Positions 1-18,100 of a DNA stretch of 64,000 nt are shown piece by piece. A program made the translations under genes and the position numbers. The stretch's first letter is position 1. The number at the start of each line of letters is the position of its first letter. The notes below the pieces were generated by a model. The model had not been told where the DNA came from, did no database searches, and was given only the letters and a program-made list of their open reading frames with translations. Source of the DNA: Ylistrum balloti (lineage: Eukaryota); assembly GCF_031769215.1 (NCBI RefSeq), contig NW_026782081.1, positions 1,302,001-1,366,000 on the forward strand. The letters are read 5' to 3'.

Positions 1-208
1 ACAAACAAATCAAGGCGTCAACACAAACATACAGATAATAGCAACAGAAGCAAATCAAGGTGTCAATACAAGCACACATATAATAGCAACACAAACAAAT
101 CAAGGCGTCAACACAAGTATACAGATAATAGCAACAGAAGCAAATCAAGGTGTCAATACAAGCATACAGATAATAGCAACACAAACAAATCAAGGTGTCA
201 ACACAAGA
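1..208. repeat. 45-bp minisatellite arranged as a 90-bp A/B dimer
   Basis: ACAAACAAATCAAGG(C/T)GTCAACACAA recurs at 1, 91 and 181. The alternate monomer AGAAGCAAATCAAGGTGTCAATACAAGC starts at 46 and 136. The array is cut by the window edge. Confidence 0.95.
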
Positions 209-602
209 GAATGTACTTTTTACTTCTGATACATGATTATTGTGTTATTCTGTCATGAGAGTGAGGTATCATAAAGATCACATCAAACAAGTATATTTCT
301 TTCATTATTTAAAATAGTAAGTAACATCAGAATGAGACATTTTTTAAATTCATAATACAAGTATTGTGCTTTATTTCAAAAGTCCATAAAGATTACAAAT
401 CACAAACTAGCCTGATGTTTATGGCAAATATTGAAAGTCTAGAGTTGTTATCTAATTTTCATGTTATTTTTGGATGGAACTTCTGAATGTTGAATCATTC
501 CCTATTTGTTCAATGAAAAATGCACACTCATTTCCACCCACAAGTACTTTTGATTTCTTTTACAATAGGCCTTAACAGAAAATTACTTAAGATGTACTCT
601 AC

Positions 603-1374
603 CTATTCTTGAGACTGTCAATATCCTTCTGCACATTTTTTGTGGTCTCTTCCAGCTTCTTTATCTCATTCCTCAGTACATCTGGGTGAGACAGGACAGT
701 TTTCTTCTGGTTGCTGGCTTGATTATGTAACTACACAATATGTAAAGCATTCCATATAAATATTTAATTTGCAATACTTCTAAATGTTTGATTCTTTTCA
801 TTATAGATTTTTTTTTCATTTTCCATCTTTGTGCATGTGCCTTTTAAAAACGCATTGCACAACATGAGGAAACACAAAAAATCTTTCATTTTAGTCGTCA
901 ATTCAATCATTATATCTTTATCATAAATGAAATGCCAATCATATTTCAACATTATGCACTTACCTGTGTACAATAAATTGCTTTAAAAGATAAAAAAACA
1001 ATCTAAAGGTGCAAATGTTTATATATATGTATAGATATATTATATATAGGTAAACAACAGAATGTAGTTCACACATGCAGTTTGTTTTCATATCATACTA
1101 TTTTTTTCTAATTTGTATTTAAAAGCAGATTAAAACTGCAAAAAAAGATAAGACTTAAGTATTTTGTATACAATTTTCTTCAAATAAGCCGGTTCATGAT
1201 ATAACCTACATGTTTGTGTATGACTTTATAATATTAAATCCACTAAATGTAATATTCATAAATTTGTTAAAAGATCTTAGAGTTGTGACACCAGTTTTAG
1301 CACACTCTTTGAACTTCCTCTCTTATTCAACTGCTTACTGGAGATTTGAAGGAACTGCTTGATCTTCTCTTCAT
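603..1374 (-). CDS. SWI5: Probable DNA repair protein SWI5 homolog, 5' two coding exons (rest lies left of the window)
   Basis: Exons 1374-1339 (MKRRSSSSFKSP, donor gtaagc) and 730-603 (LHNQASNQKKTVLSHPDVLRNEIKKLEETTKNVQKDIDSLKN-R, donor gtagag) splice in frame. The FKSP motif, a short coiled coil and a phase-2 intron resemble vertebrate SWI5 as I recall it (AFRSP...DIQKLKEKRDMLDKEI). The diagnostic LHEYNxIKD exon is not in the window. Confidence 0.6.
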
Positions 1375-2659
1375 TGTTGCTTCCTGTTGATAATAGAAAA
1401 AAAAATACATGAAAATATTGCTAGCTTTAATATTCATTATCAACAATCAAGTGTTAGGTATTAGCTTCCCTGAGTAAGTGTCACACAAAATTCCTTTGTA
1501 AACAAAAAAAAAATCTTCTGCATACCACGCTTGTACATAATATCACCATTAACTTTACTGGCATTCTTTATGTGACAGGTAGTTCAATTACTATTAACTT
1601 AGTAAAGTGTCTTATCATTGTCTGTCAGTACATGTTAGTCAACTATGTTGGGAAGTTCCTGTTACACGTGTCGTGTCAGGGTGGTGGTGTCATTGTCCAT
1701 ATTTGGTGTTGTTTTTGTCCTGAATGTAAATTAGGGTTCAAGGAGTTGTGAAAAAGCATGCAATGGTGAGTGGAGTATGGAAGTGAAATAATAAAAACCC
1801 TTTTACACAGCGTGCCCGGCGCACTATAGCCAGGACTGTCATATATACGGACGTATCCTCTGGGGTCCTTTTACGTATGCCCGCATGATAGTACGAAATG
1901 TGTACAGAATGAAGCACTTTACCAGACCAACGGGGTTTTGGAAGGTAAATATTATAATCTACGTTTCAATTACTTTCATTCCCGGAATTGGACTTGATAT
2001 GTATACAGTAAATTAAAATGTACATGTTACGTAACATATCACCATGTCATAGTACTATCCAGCAATTTGTGTATTTTTTTCAGGGGTTTCATGCTATAGC
2101 TGTTCACGGGAAGGCCCAATAAATGAATGGCAGGCAATTTCGTTGTTGTTATATTTGACCTGTGACAATTATAAAAATAGCTACCAGGCACTCAATCTAG
2201 TATATGCACTCTATTAAAGACACTTTCTACTAAAACAATTCACAAATGTGGGAATTGACCAAGTAAATATTGAGGTAGTATATAAAAGATAAAAGATTTT
2301 TTTTTGTTTAGAAATATCATTATTATGCATATTGTAGTTTATAATAAAACTTATTTGTATTTGAAAGGTAACTATGCATTTATGAAAGTAAAATGTCAAT
2401 CAAACCATGATTAAACAATGAACAGCTAGTTATTTGCAGCACATAAAAAGAAATAAGTCCACATGCTCCACAAATTTCGATAAACAATCCAAGTCACTAT
2501 GCCACACAGAAATTTTTAAAAAGCAGCACACTTTGCATATATAACAATAATATATTCATGTGTGTGTTTTCCTTCTTCTTTCATATTTACAGTATCACCT
2601 GTTTTTCTTATTGTTTCCTAAATCACAACCTGAGACTCCAAATACCACCATCTTTAGGA

Positions 2660-2830
2660 TTTCTTTGGGCTGTGTGAAAGAGCAGTGGAAGTATACATTC
2701 CTGTCAAGTTTCCCAACCAGGAATTGAGCCCAGGTCTCCAGCATATTACTTTACTGGCTCAACCAACTGCGCCAAAGAAGCATGCTCTATCAGCTGAGTG
2801 ACAAAGACATACTGCACTTAATACTATGTA
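2660..2830 (-). mobile_element. tRNA-derived SINE head
   Basis: Minus strand has A-box TGGCGCAGTTGG (2774-2763) and B-box-like GGCTCAATTCC (2730-2720) at tRNA-like spacing. I could not fold a complete cloverleaf. Confidence 0.55.
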
Positions 2831-3129
2831 CATTATGTACAAACCACGTTCATCCACTCTTTTACACTATGCATTATATATGTTTTAATTATATTTAGGC
2901 CTTCTAGTTTCAAATATTTACAGTTGTTATTGAAAAATACATGTAGTTACAATGTAGATGTACTTAATTTGTTTTGGAAACATTTTCTTTGGGGGTTCCC
3001 TTTTGCTATCGATGTTCAGCGACGTCTTTCCATAGCACAACTGCTTTGCGATACTCTTTACAAGACATCCCTTTTCATTATTTTGGACAATTATACCATA
3101 TCTCAAAACATTTTCCTGCAAGCTGTATA

Positions 3130-3172
3130 TGTGTAACATGTACTAGGCCTAATGTGTAACATGTACTAGGCC
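3130..3172. repeat. Short direct tandem duplication (~22-23 bp x2)
   Basis: TGTGTAACATGTACTAGGCCTA occurs twice in tandem. Confidence 0.85.
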
Positions 3173-3479
3173 TATTGCGCTACTGCATTACTGTACATGT
3201 CATGTAGGTGGTGGGATATACATTCTTTCTCTATACATGTATGTTGCTCTTTGGACTCTCTCTATTTTGTCTACATGTGTCTTGTAGCTACCTCTTTTAC
3301 TGACTTATCTAAATTACATGTCTTACCTACAGGTACATGTATGCCTGTAGGTAAAGCTGCGAGGCGGTTTGCAAACGTGCCAGTTCTTTTCAAGCGTCCC
3401 CATGAAAGTGAAAGCGAAAGTAAAATCGAAACCAAAAGGGTAGATATATCCGGTAATGCTTCATTACTCTAGGCATATG

Positions 3480-3870
3480 ATAAGACGCGAATACATTAGT
3501 TGTAATCATACTTAATAATATCTTCCATTGGTCCAGAGTCGTTTAACCCCAAGCATTTCGTTTCATTTCAAACGTTTGAGCAACTATGACAACTTTGTTT
3601 AAGCTAGGCTGCTTTTCTATAACGCGGCTGAAACTGTCCGGGTGGTTCAGAACGATTCTCATTATAATCGAACGCGCCTGTACTGAGGGTTGAAAATATT
3701 TGGGAATTATTTGAAACATAAAACGGAGGAACTAATAATAAAACATGGTCCATTGAAACCCGTTCTGGATTTAATAACATTTCCGGTAGAAAGTTCCGGT
3801 CCATTTGTTTTACTCACTTGCTGACGCCTCGGAGTCACGGACGCTTGTCTTAACTTGTTCGAAGTTCCTT
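3480..3870. promoter_or_regulatory. Probable bidirectional promoter between SWI5-like and TM6SF-like genes
   Basis: The two genes are divergent. The region is relatively CpG-rich, with tandem ETS-like TTCCGG motifs at ~3779-3800. A candidate minus-strand 5' UTR exon ends at a gtaaga donor at 3326. Confidence 0.5.
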
Positions 3871-3919
3871 GATCAAGAGACAGCATCCGGGAGCCATCGG
3901 TCCAAACAAAACATTGAAA

Positions 3920-9914
<5,995 letters not shown>

Positions 9915-12329
9915 TAGGACGTCATATATATATATGTAGCTCTATCAAAATGGCAGTCTGCTTACATCTAAACAAGATGTGTAGGGCTATTTTAACACTG
10001 TAACATATACATTGTACATGAGTTTGTATGTTTTTATTCTTACTAGAATAACATTGTTAACATTTTCAAATATCACCTGAAAAGAAATATTTTAAGGATG
10101 TTGATTGAATCAGTCAGATCTGTTATATTACTTAGTTTAGATTGATTAAAATAACCAGAATAGGCATCACATAAATCCCTTGAATTATCACCTATCATCT
10201 CCTCACATACATTAAGAACTAAATCCTCTCAGTGACAGTGTATTTATGTAAGGATTTCAATCCCCCAGATTCTATTATTATGTAAGCAATATACTAGTTG
10301 ATGAAATGACTGACTTTGGTCATCCAATGAACATTTGTAGTTTTTGTTTTATCATTTCCATACCAGTCATATTTGATTTTTTAAAAAATGGGAGAAGATG
10401 GATAAAAGCATTTCTGCTATCATTGAGAAATAAACTCATACTTGGAGACCATTACTGTAAAACCTTCCCAAACTTTTATCAACCTGTTTGATGTGTTTGA
10501 GGCTGATTGTCATTACCAATCATGAGTACTAATATACTTTTGATTGCTGATATATGCTACACAAAGTGCTATTAGTTATGTCAAAGTTCTATTATTCAAA
10601 TATTATAAGCATCTTTTTGAGTATAAGATGTGACATTGCCTTAAACTTGTTGTGAGGTATTATGTTAATTTATTTTACTGGAAGTAGAACAAAGGTCCTA
10701 CATGTGTGTACAGGCCAGGGAAGATTTGATAATACTAGACTTCCTATACCAAAAGAAGCTGTTGGTAGGTCAGTTAACTTTATAGAATTTACAATGTATA
10801 AATGCAGACTTTTAAAAGGCACCATGTAAATTTCAGAAAATGTTGTATAACAGGTGAAGAGCACCTGTTTTTATAATTTGCCTTTCTACTGCTAAGTAAT
10901 ACAACTTCCATATGAAAATAAGATTTTGTTTATCACATAACACCCATGACAATTAGAACGTGAGCTGAATCTCTTCACTTAATTTATCTGACAGGAGGGC
11001 AAAATTTGCTTATGAATAATTGACATTTCTCTGGCATTATGTTCCAACTTATTCATGTCCATATCTTTGAAAGGAATATTGATATCAGTGCTAGAAAAGT
11101 TATATGATTTCTAAGACATGCATTGGCTTATTTTATATAGGACCCATTTTGGTGAGCCTCTGGTGAGATGGAAATATTATAGGGAAAATTTTAAATAATT
11201 TCTATCACAATTATTTCAGCAAATTTCAGCATTTTTCCATCAATCAAATTTGAAGTCGTTTTGGCACCATATAAATCGTCTTCAATGATAACTTGACTTT
11301 AGCGTGTAGTTTGTGAATATGTGGTATTATATTATCATGGCATGATAATGGATCAAGATGGTAGACCATATAACATGGTTTCATACGCAAAAATATTACT
11401 TGATTAGAACTCGTTAACATGACAATCATACTATAAATGGCTATACGGGTTAACTCTGTAATTTATACCTGTAATATAATAATAGAGAAAAATATATATA
11501 TTTTTCACACAGCAGCAAGTCTTTACAAGACACGTTTTCATATATATTGTCTTTTGATAAACCATTTATAGTTATCAAAATTTTAAAACATACATGATTT
11601 ATTTTTTTTACACATTCTACATTCCAAAATTTTTAAGTATTTTTTATCATCTTTTAATATACATTATACATTAATTAATCTGAATTAAAGTTTATGACTA
11701 ATTTCAATTTCTAATGATGATGATGATGGTGATGCATGCCCAGGTAGTAAATCATTTAAATGTAATGGTATTTAAGGGTGTGGTCCTAATTTGTTTTTTC
11801 TTTTGTTATTTTTTATATCTTCAAAATTTTAAATAGTTTATAGATAATTAACGTATTACAATGACCTAATCTCGTGGGTTTAGGACAATTGTTACATTGA
11901 CAACTGCTTTAAAGTCCCAATGTATTTACATGTAACTTTATATGATTCCAAACAGCTCAACTGCAGAATTAAACATGCTGTTAGATGATTGCCACTGATT
12001 AAGGTAGTATGACGTGTATAATGGAAAATAATGACATCTCAATCATTCTATATACATGTATCTGCCCAAAATAACAAGTTTGTTTTTTGAAAGCTCAATT
12101 TTGTATTTATGTACATGAATCCATACCTTCAATAATAAACTATTTTAAGCGTGTATTTTATCTTCATTTGTTGCATATATCATATTGTGACAGTATGGAT
12201 AGATACATTTGGAGTACTGTATGCCTGTTGGTTTTGTCATAAAAAGGACAACATAATGGAACTTAATTTATATCCTAAATTAATGACACACGGGCAACAT
12301 ATTAATAGAAAAAATATAACCACTGTCGT

Positions 12330-12490
12330 GTAACCGTTAAGGAATGGTCTTTTCAAGATAGCGGAGGAAGGTGCTCACTATAAGTTACAAAATCATTGGT
12401 TTATAGATACAATCTGAAGGAGACGAGTATGAAATTATCTTGGTGTGCGACTGATGTTGAGTCTGTTGTGTCCTTGATTTCCAGTTCAGT
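12330..12490 (-). mobile_element. Penelope-like retroelement RT C-terminal fragment (decayed)
   Basis: Minus strand reads ELEIKDTTDS..., then a degenerate LYxxxxDF segment. It is the same family as the fragments at 44624 and 54920. Confidence 0.6.
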
Positions 12491-13294
12491 CTTGTGATTC
12501 ATAAAAAAATGTATCATCAATATATTTAAGAGGGATAATGAAGGTCTATTGTCTGTTTAGACAAGACCTATAAAGTCTGCTTTAGATGAAAACAAAAACA
12601 ATCGAGAGAAGGATACAGATTGTGCCTAAGCACGAAGGTTACCGACTTGCGATTTCTTTTCAATTCGACAACTACAGAGACGACCATAACACATTATAAA
12701 TGCCATGTGTCATTGGACAAATGCGTGGCCAATAGAGCTGAATGTGAAGAATGTTAACACCTGGAAATCGGAAACAATGCCAAATTATCATTGGACACCC
12801 TACCGCCTATTATTCTCACCTCAAAATAACTTCCAACTGCGAGACAACTGCCTATTACAACCCACTTCGAGACAACTATCCATTGCCAAATGCACATATA
12901 CACATGTCAAGTATATTAGAAACAAATATCAGACTTTACCAACAACATTGTTACACATATGAACAACAATGAAGACAATGAGAGATAACGTCGGGAACTA
13001 TTATTTTTATATATCGTGCATCCTAAACTCTACCGAGCCAAAGTGAAGTAGACAGCAAATTTAAACGTGCCAATGATTACCCGTGGCACCGACCTGGACT
13101 AAATGTGGACCAGAACAAGTTTTGATGTTGTACATGTATACCCGTTTGCCGACTCGAATGGCGACAACTATGAATGACTTCAACTTCCTTCTTAGTCTTA
13201 CAACAGCCTTCATTGACTTCAGATGCACAAGAAACCCTATGTCCGGTGTCCCTAGGAGTGACCGCAAGGGATGCCATTTCTTCATTTGACTTAG

Positions 13295-13565
13295 TACATC
13301 TAAGTCAACGTGATGTTATTGTGTGCAGTTGTATGTGTTATATCAGTCAACGTGATGTTATTGTGTGCAGATGTATGTGTTATATCAGCCAACGTGATGT
13401 TATTGTGTGCAGATGTATGTGTTATATCAGTCAACGTGATATTATGTATGTGTTATATCAGCCAACGTGATGTTATTGTGTGCAGATGTATGTGTTATAT
13501 CAGCCAACGTGATGTTATTGTGTGCAGATGTATGTGTTATATCAGCCAACGTGATGTTATTGCAT
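13295..13565. repeat. 42-bp minisatellite (~6.5 copies)
   Basis: Unit CAG(T/C)CAACGTGATGTTATTGTGTGCAGATGTATGTGTTATAT. It explains the 14-aa periodic ORFs at 13174-13655. Confidence 0.97.
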
Positions 13566-13734
13566 GTACTGTGTAATATTATTCTATCTATTTCAATAAT
13601 AGTGATGCTTGCCATTGTCCTATTTGTATATTTGCATTATTATATTACTTTGTGATCTGCTATTTCATCATTGATTGCAAATAGCTGGAAATAAATCTAT
13701 AGTATCTAAATTGTACAGATAGTATGTCACAGGT

Positions 13735-14130
13735 GTCCTTCTGTTGTAAAGCTTCTATCAACGTCATCTGGTGCGATCCAGTCCTATTCAGATGTTTCGA
13801 CTCTAAACTACAGATTCGCTTGGCTGGTGGATCAACCACTTCTTGTTTATGTCAGCTTAAATATCGGTCCGTCTTGTCGGTGTCATAGCCAGCACGATGC
13901 ACTATCGGCATCTTCTGACAATTATTTAATGCCTGAACTTCTATCTCCAACTTGCTTCTGCACAATCCTCAACGAAGATTGGGTGTGAAACCCCTCTACA
14001 TCTTGAAAGTGCCATTAGGTCATCCTTTGTCTCATAACTTTGCCAACAACTCGTAATTGGTCTTCTTCCTTTCATGGGCTTTCTCACAACCTTCTCGCGA
14101 TGGTACTGTCATCTCTCGTAATCTCAGTTC
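13735..14130 (-). mobile_element. 3' end of a restriction-like-endonuclease non-LTR retrotransposon (HERO/NeSL-like), decayed
   Basis: Minus strand reads EMTVPSREGCEKAHERKKTNYELL...CRGF...IK*LSEDADSASCWL across frameshifts and stops. This resembles the ELTVPWE...EAHERKxxKY...GCRGF...AAExASxWLW C-terminus, and a 3' UTR-like tail follows. Confidence 0.65.
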
Positions 14131-14550
14131 TTATAAGGAGTTTGATTATTAATGATTTGGTTGATTCCTTTTTGTTGTCATCTTAAACATTTCAAGTAGA
14201 TATGAATTGGTCAAAACGATTATATTTTATTGCCGATCTTTTTTAGTTCTGGCATTTCTCTAATGAATCAAACCAATTTAGAAGAGAGGGACAAGCAATG
14301 CTACAAACGAAATGAAAAGAAACACTAGTTCATTCCTGTATGTTATAAAGGTTTTTATCCTAGCATTGTGATAAGGACAACCAATGTTCCATTCTGTTAC
14401 GTGTTTGGTACATGTGCATTTTTTTATGTGGTGGTTAAAGTTTCATTATTATCTTGTATGTTAATTTCAGTGTTTATAACGACCACGTTAAGTCTTCGTT
14501 AGCAAAGAGCCAAACATACATCTGTATGTGGCATTGACATTGCATAACAA

Positions 14551-14833
14551 NNNNNNNNNNNNNNNNNNNNNNNNNNNNNNNNNNNNNNNNNNNNNNNNNN
14601 NNNNNNNNNNNNNNNNNNNNNNNNNNNNNNNNNNNNNNNNNNNNNNNNNNNNNNNNNNNNNNNNNNNNNNNNNNNNNNNNNNNNNNNNNNNNNNNNNNNN
14701 NNNNNNNNNNNNNNNNNNNNNNNNNNNNNNNNNNNNNNNNNNNNNNNNNNNNNNNNNNNNNNNNNNNNNNNNNNNNNNNNNNNNNNNNNNNNNNNNNNNN
14801 NNNNNNNNNNNNNNNNNNNNNNNNNNNNNNNNG
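14551..14833. other. Assembly gap (283 N)
   Basis: Run of N. Confidence 1.
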
Positions 14834-15010
14834 GATAGGTGGTGGTGGTGTGTTTATGTTTATGTGTGTGTTGTTGTTGTTGTTGGTGGTGGTGTGTGTG
14901 TGTGTGATTGTGTTTTAGGGTGTGAGTGTAGGTGGTGGTGGCGTGTGTGTGATTGTGTTTTAGGGTGTGAGGGTAGGTGGTGGTGTATGTATGCGGGTAC
15001 ATGTGAGGTT
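14834..15010. repeat. GT/GGT/GTT-rich simple repeat next to the gap
   Basis: (GGT)n, (GT)n and (GTT)n tracts, plus a duplicated GTGTGTGATTGTGTTTTAGGGTGTGAG unit. Confidence 0.9.
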
Positions 15011-15195
15011 GTGGAGTGTCTAATATACCACAATAGATTAGCAGCCTTAACACTTCAGTGTCGACAGTTCCTTACCATAATTAGTTATGTTACTAAGTAA
15101 GCAACCAATCAATCACGTTTAAGAAATATATTAATACCTCTTTTAGAACGTCTACAAAATGTAGATGTACGTGAAAAAAATGTATAACCTCCCTA

Positions 15196-18100
15196 TTATT
15201 TTCCATCAGATTTTTTGTTGTGGTCGTCTTTGTACCAATCCCAGATTTCTTCAGTCCTCTGTGGTAGTTCTCTTCCTTTTGTTTCCGGTAGGTACCGTAT
15301 CAGGAAACAGAATACCAAACACAATGAACCGAAAAGTAGCGATGGAAGCCACAAAGCCACATCCATCTGCATTATAAAATATGATTGCTTAGGTATCTTA
15401 ATGTTTTACGAAAAAGTTTAAATCTACGGACATCGATGCATTTAATGTTTTAAATACAGGTCTTTTAACACCTCTCACTGTTCGAGTCACAAAATAATCA
15501 CAATTCAAGTAGAGACCAATGGTAATTTATCATCATTTGAAACAAACTTACCATATAGACGGTAAAGGGCGCTATGAAACCTGATATCCTGCCTGCGGCA
15601 GATGCCACTCCAAGGCCTGCATTCCTAGTAAAGAGAGACGTAATTAATTTACAAACAGTAAATGACAAAGACGAATTAGATATGGCACTCGTCTTCTGAT
15701 AATAATATTAGTATTGATGTCTTTATTCATTATTTAAGAGATCAAGAAACTAATAACAGACTGGAAAACCGAAGGTGATATGCATTTGGTAATATCAGTC
15801 TTCAGGTTGTATATTTTGCACTAAGTGATGTACAGATTCCTCTAAATAAACACGGTTACTTACCTTAGATTTGTTGGGAAAAGTTCCGGCGTGTACAGAT
15901 AAATTGCATTGAAGGAGTTACATATCGCTCCTCGGCTAACAGCAAACAACCCCATCTCAACAACCCTCATCACACTACCTGTCAAAGGTTTTCGCGAAAT
16001 CGCAAATATCAACATATCATAAGTATTTATGTCGTTCGCTGAAATGTATAGTTGCCGTTATACATTTTCAGTAAAAATCTAAACTTTAACACTTTTCAAT
16101 TCAAAAATATTCCGGCGATATTCCCATAAAAAGGATATATTGTTCAGAATCCAGATTTGAAATTGTATTTGAATTTATAATGTCGATGCTCAACTGTGGT
16201 TCGTAGTCAATGTCTGGCTGACAGTCAAATATTGATGGAATGTTTTACAGTTTATGGGTTTCTTATCTAATATTATAGAAAAAATGGCGTATTCTATATT
16301 TATGAACAATCTTCTTTCACTTTTCAACTCACTTTCAAAATGGTTCGTGAGGATTGTCAGTAGAAGTGCCACACTGCCTACTGCCTGCAGCGTAACTATG
16401 GTTGTCTTACGGGTGAACCTACAATTGTATACATATCAAACCAATGACGTCTTAAGAATAAATGAAATATTTCACTGAAAGAACGTATTGTACTAAATCA
16501 AACAAATAATTGGCCTATGAGGATATAAACGCCTAATGCAACCTTCACTTGTACGGACGTCCTTATCTAGTGTTGTCTAGTTACTTACTATAATTGTATT
16601 ACCAGATTGAGAAGATCTACCCCCTTTTTATAAATAAACAATCAACAACTGAATACTTTTTTTAAATAAATGATAACACTTGCCTGTTAACTGATCTGAA
16701 TATAAGAAGGAACAGTTCCACCAGAACCAAAGTGATCAACAAGTTTCAACATAGAAATGATTACTTTTTTTGTTATGTTAATGGACGGATCAGTAAAAAC
16801 CAATGTCTAAATACAGTATATAGTCTATTTTTATCATAGCAATTGATTTCACTTTTCTATAAAAAGTTTCAATAATTTACATTACTTTATAGATCATAAT
16901 CTCATCAAGGCTTTGCATGGTTATCGACTAACAGGGAGACATTTTGTTCAATTAATTTAATTCATAGGAACTAATGATACAAAATTCATTCACCATTGTA
17001 AATCAAGCTTTCTGCCACTTACTTTTTTATGAACAAAAATAAGATGAAATTGCCAATTAATTCTGAGGTGCTTCCGAGGAAAAAATTGAGGTAGCGACCT
17101 CCTGCGAAACTTGGAGTCATCATCACGATTCCGTAGTAGGTGAAGTTATTAGCTACCCTGTACATTAACAAAAGTAGTATTTATTGTGCTTAATATTGTT
17201 ACAAACTCAATATGTTTGAAAACATCATTCGCCATAAGACGTTTATCATTATAAGGTGTATAAGGTAAATATTGTATACCGTTATATTGCCATTATGACA
17301 TCATCTTTTCCCCATTTATTCGTTTAATTTTAACCGTTTGATCTGGCAACTAATTTGAAATTATTTTCTGCGTGGTATTTTTTTTTTTTTTTTTTTTTTC
17401 ATGATAATTATTAACGAATATACGGTAAGTGGATAATTTATTCATTTCCTAGTAGATAAATATTCAATCAATGATGTAGATTCTCAGGCATTTCATTTCA
17501 GATACTCATATAATATATATGATGTGTAAACGTTATTCAACTATGCAGTAGTTATGTCCCGCTATCATACTTATAAAAACAAACATACTCTTCCCTAACT
17601 GAATGTCATCTGGCATCAACACTAAACAAAATGACTAAAAATTAGGAAATAACTTCCAAAATAAGAATCACGAAAGTTCAGTGCAACGATTTAATCATTT
17701 AGGTAACAGTGTGCAACTACCTACTAAAATGTTCAGTCACAAGGATAAAACTCACCAAACACCCCAAATAATGATGGAATGCCTTCTCATTATTTTGTCC
17801 GTCAATAATTTTGACCATTTTTCTTTCACCTTGTCAGTGATTTGATCCGGTAAAATGTCAGTCCGCAGAGCCAACATCGATTCAGTAAGCGAAATAGAGG
17901 GCTCTTGATTGTTCTGAGCTCCTTCAGGTAGCTTGCTATTACGAACTTTGTTCTGTTTCCATATTTTCGAAATGAGTGCAGAAGACTGTACTTTTCTGTT
18001 GTTTACGACGAGCCACCGAAGCGATTCGTCCATCAGGCTTTTTGGAGAAACAAACAGATGCTATAGGTTACTACCAATCAATAAAAAACGGCTGTTCATG

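Noticed and set aside
2597-2670. Candidate upstream SWI5 coding exon on the minus strand
   Set aside because: It ends in phase 2 and would give a stop when joined to the exon at 1383; it also abuts the SINE. At best it is UTR.
2700-2780. Possible tRNA gene
   Set aside because: A and B boxes are present, but there are no consistent acceptor or anticodon stems; treated as a SINE head.
11331-11349. Perfect palindrome ATTATCATG-G-CATGATAAT
   Set aside because: AT-rich 9-bp arms could arise by chance in 64 kb, and there is no associated feature.
12500-13290. Several 66-98-aa ORFs in a CpG-richer stretch
   Set aside because: No recognisable motif or splice structure; probably decayed repeat sequence that I cannot classify.
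14499-15100. 184-aa and 190-aa ORFs
   Set aside because: They run through the N gap and simple repeats.
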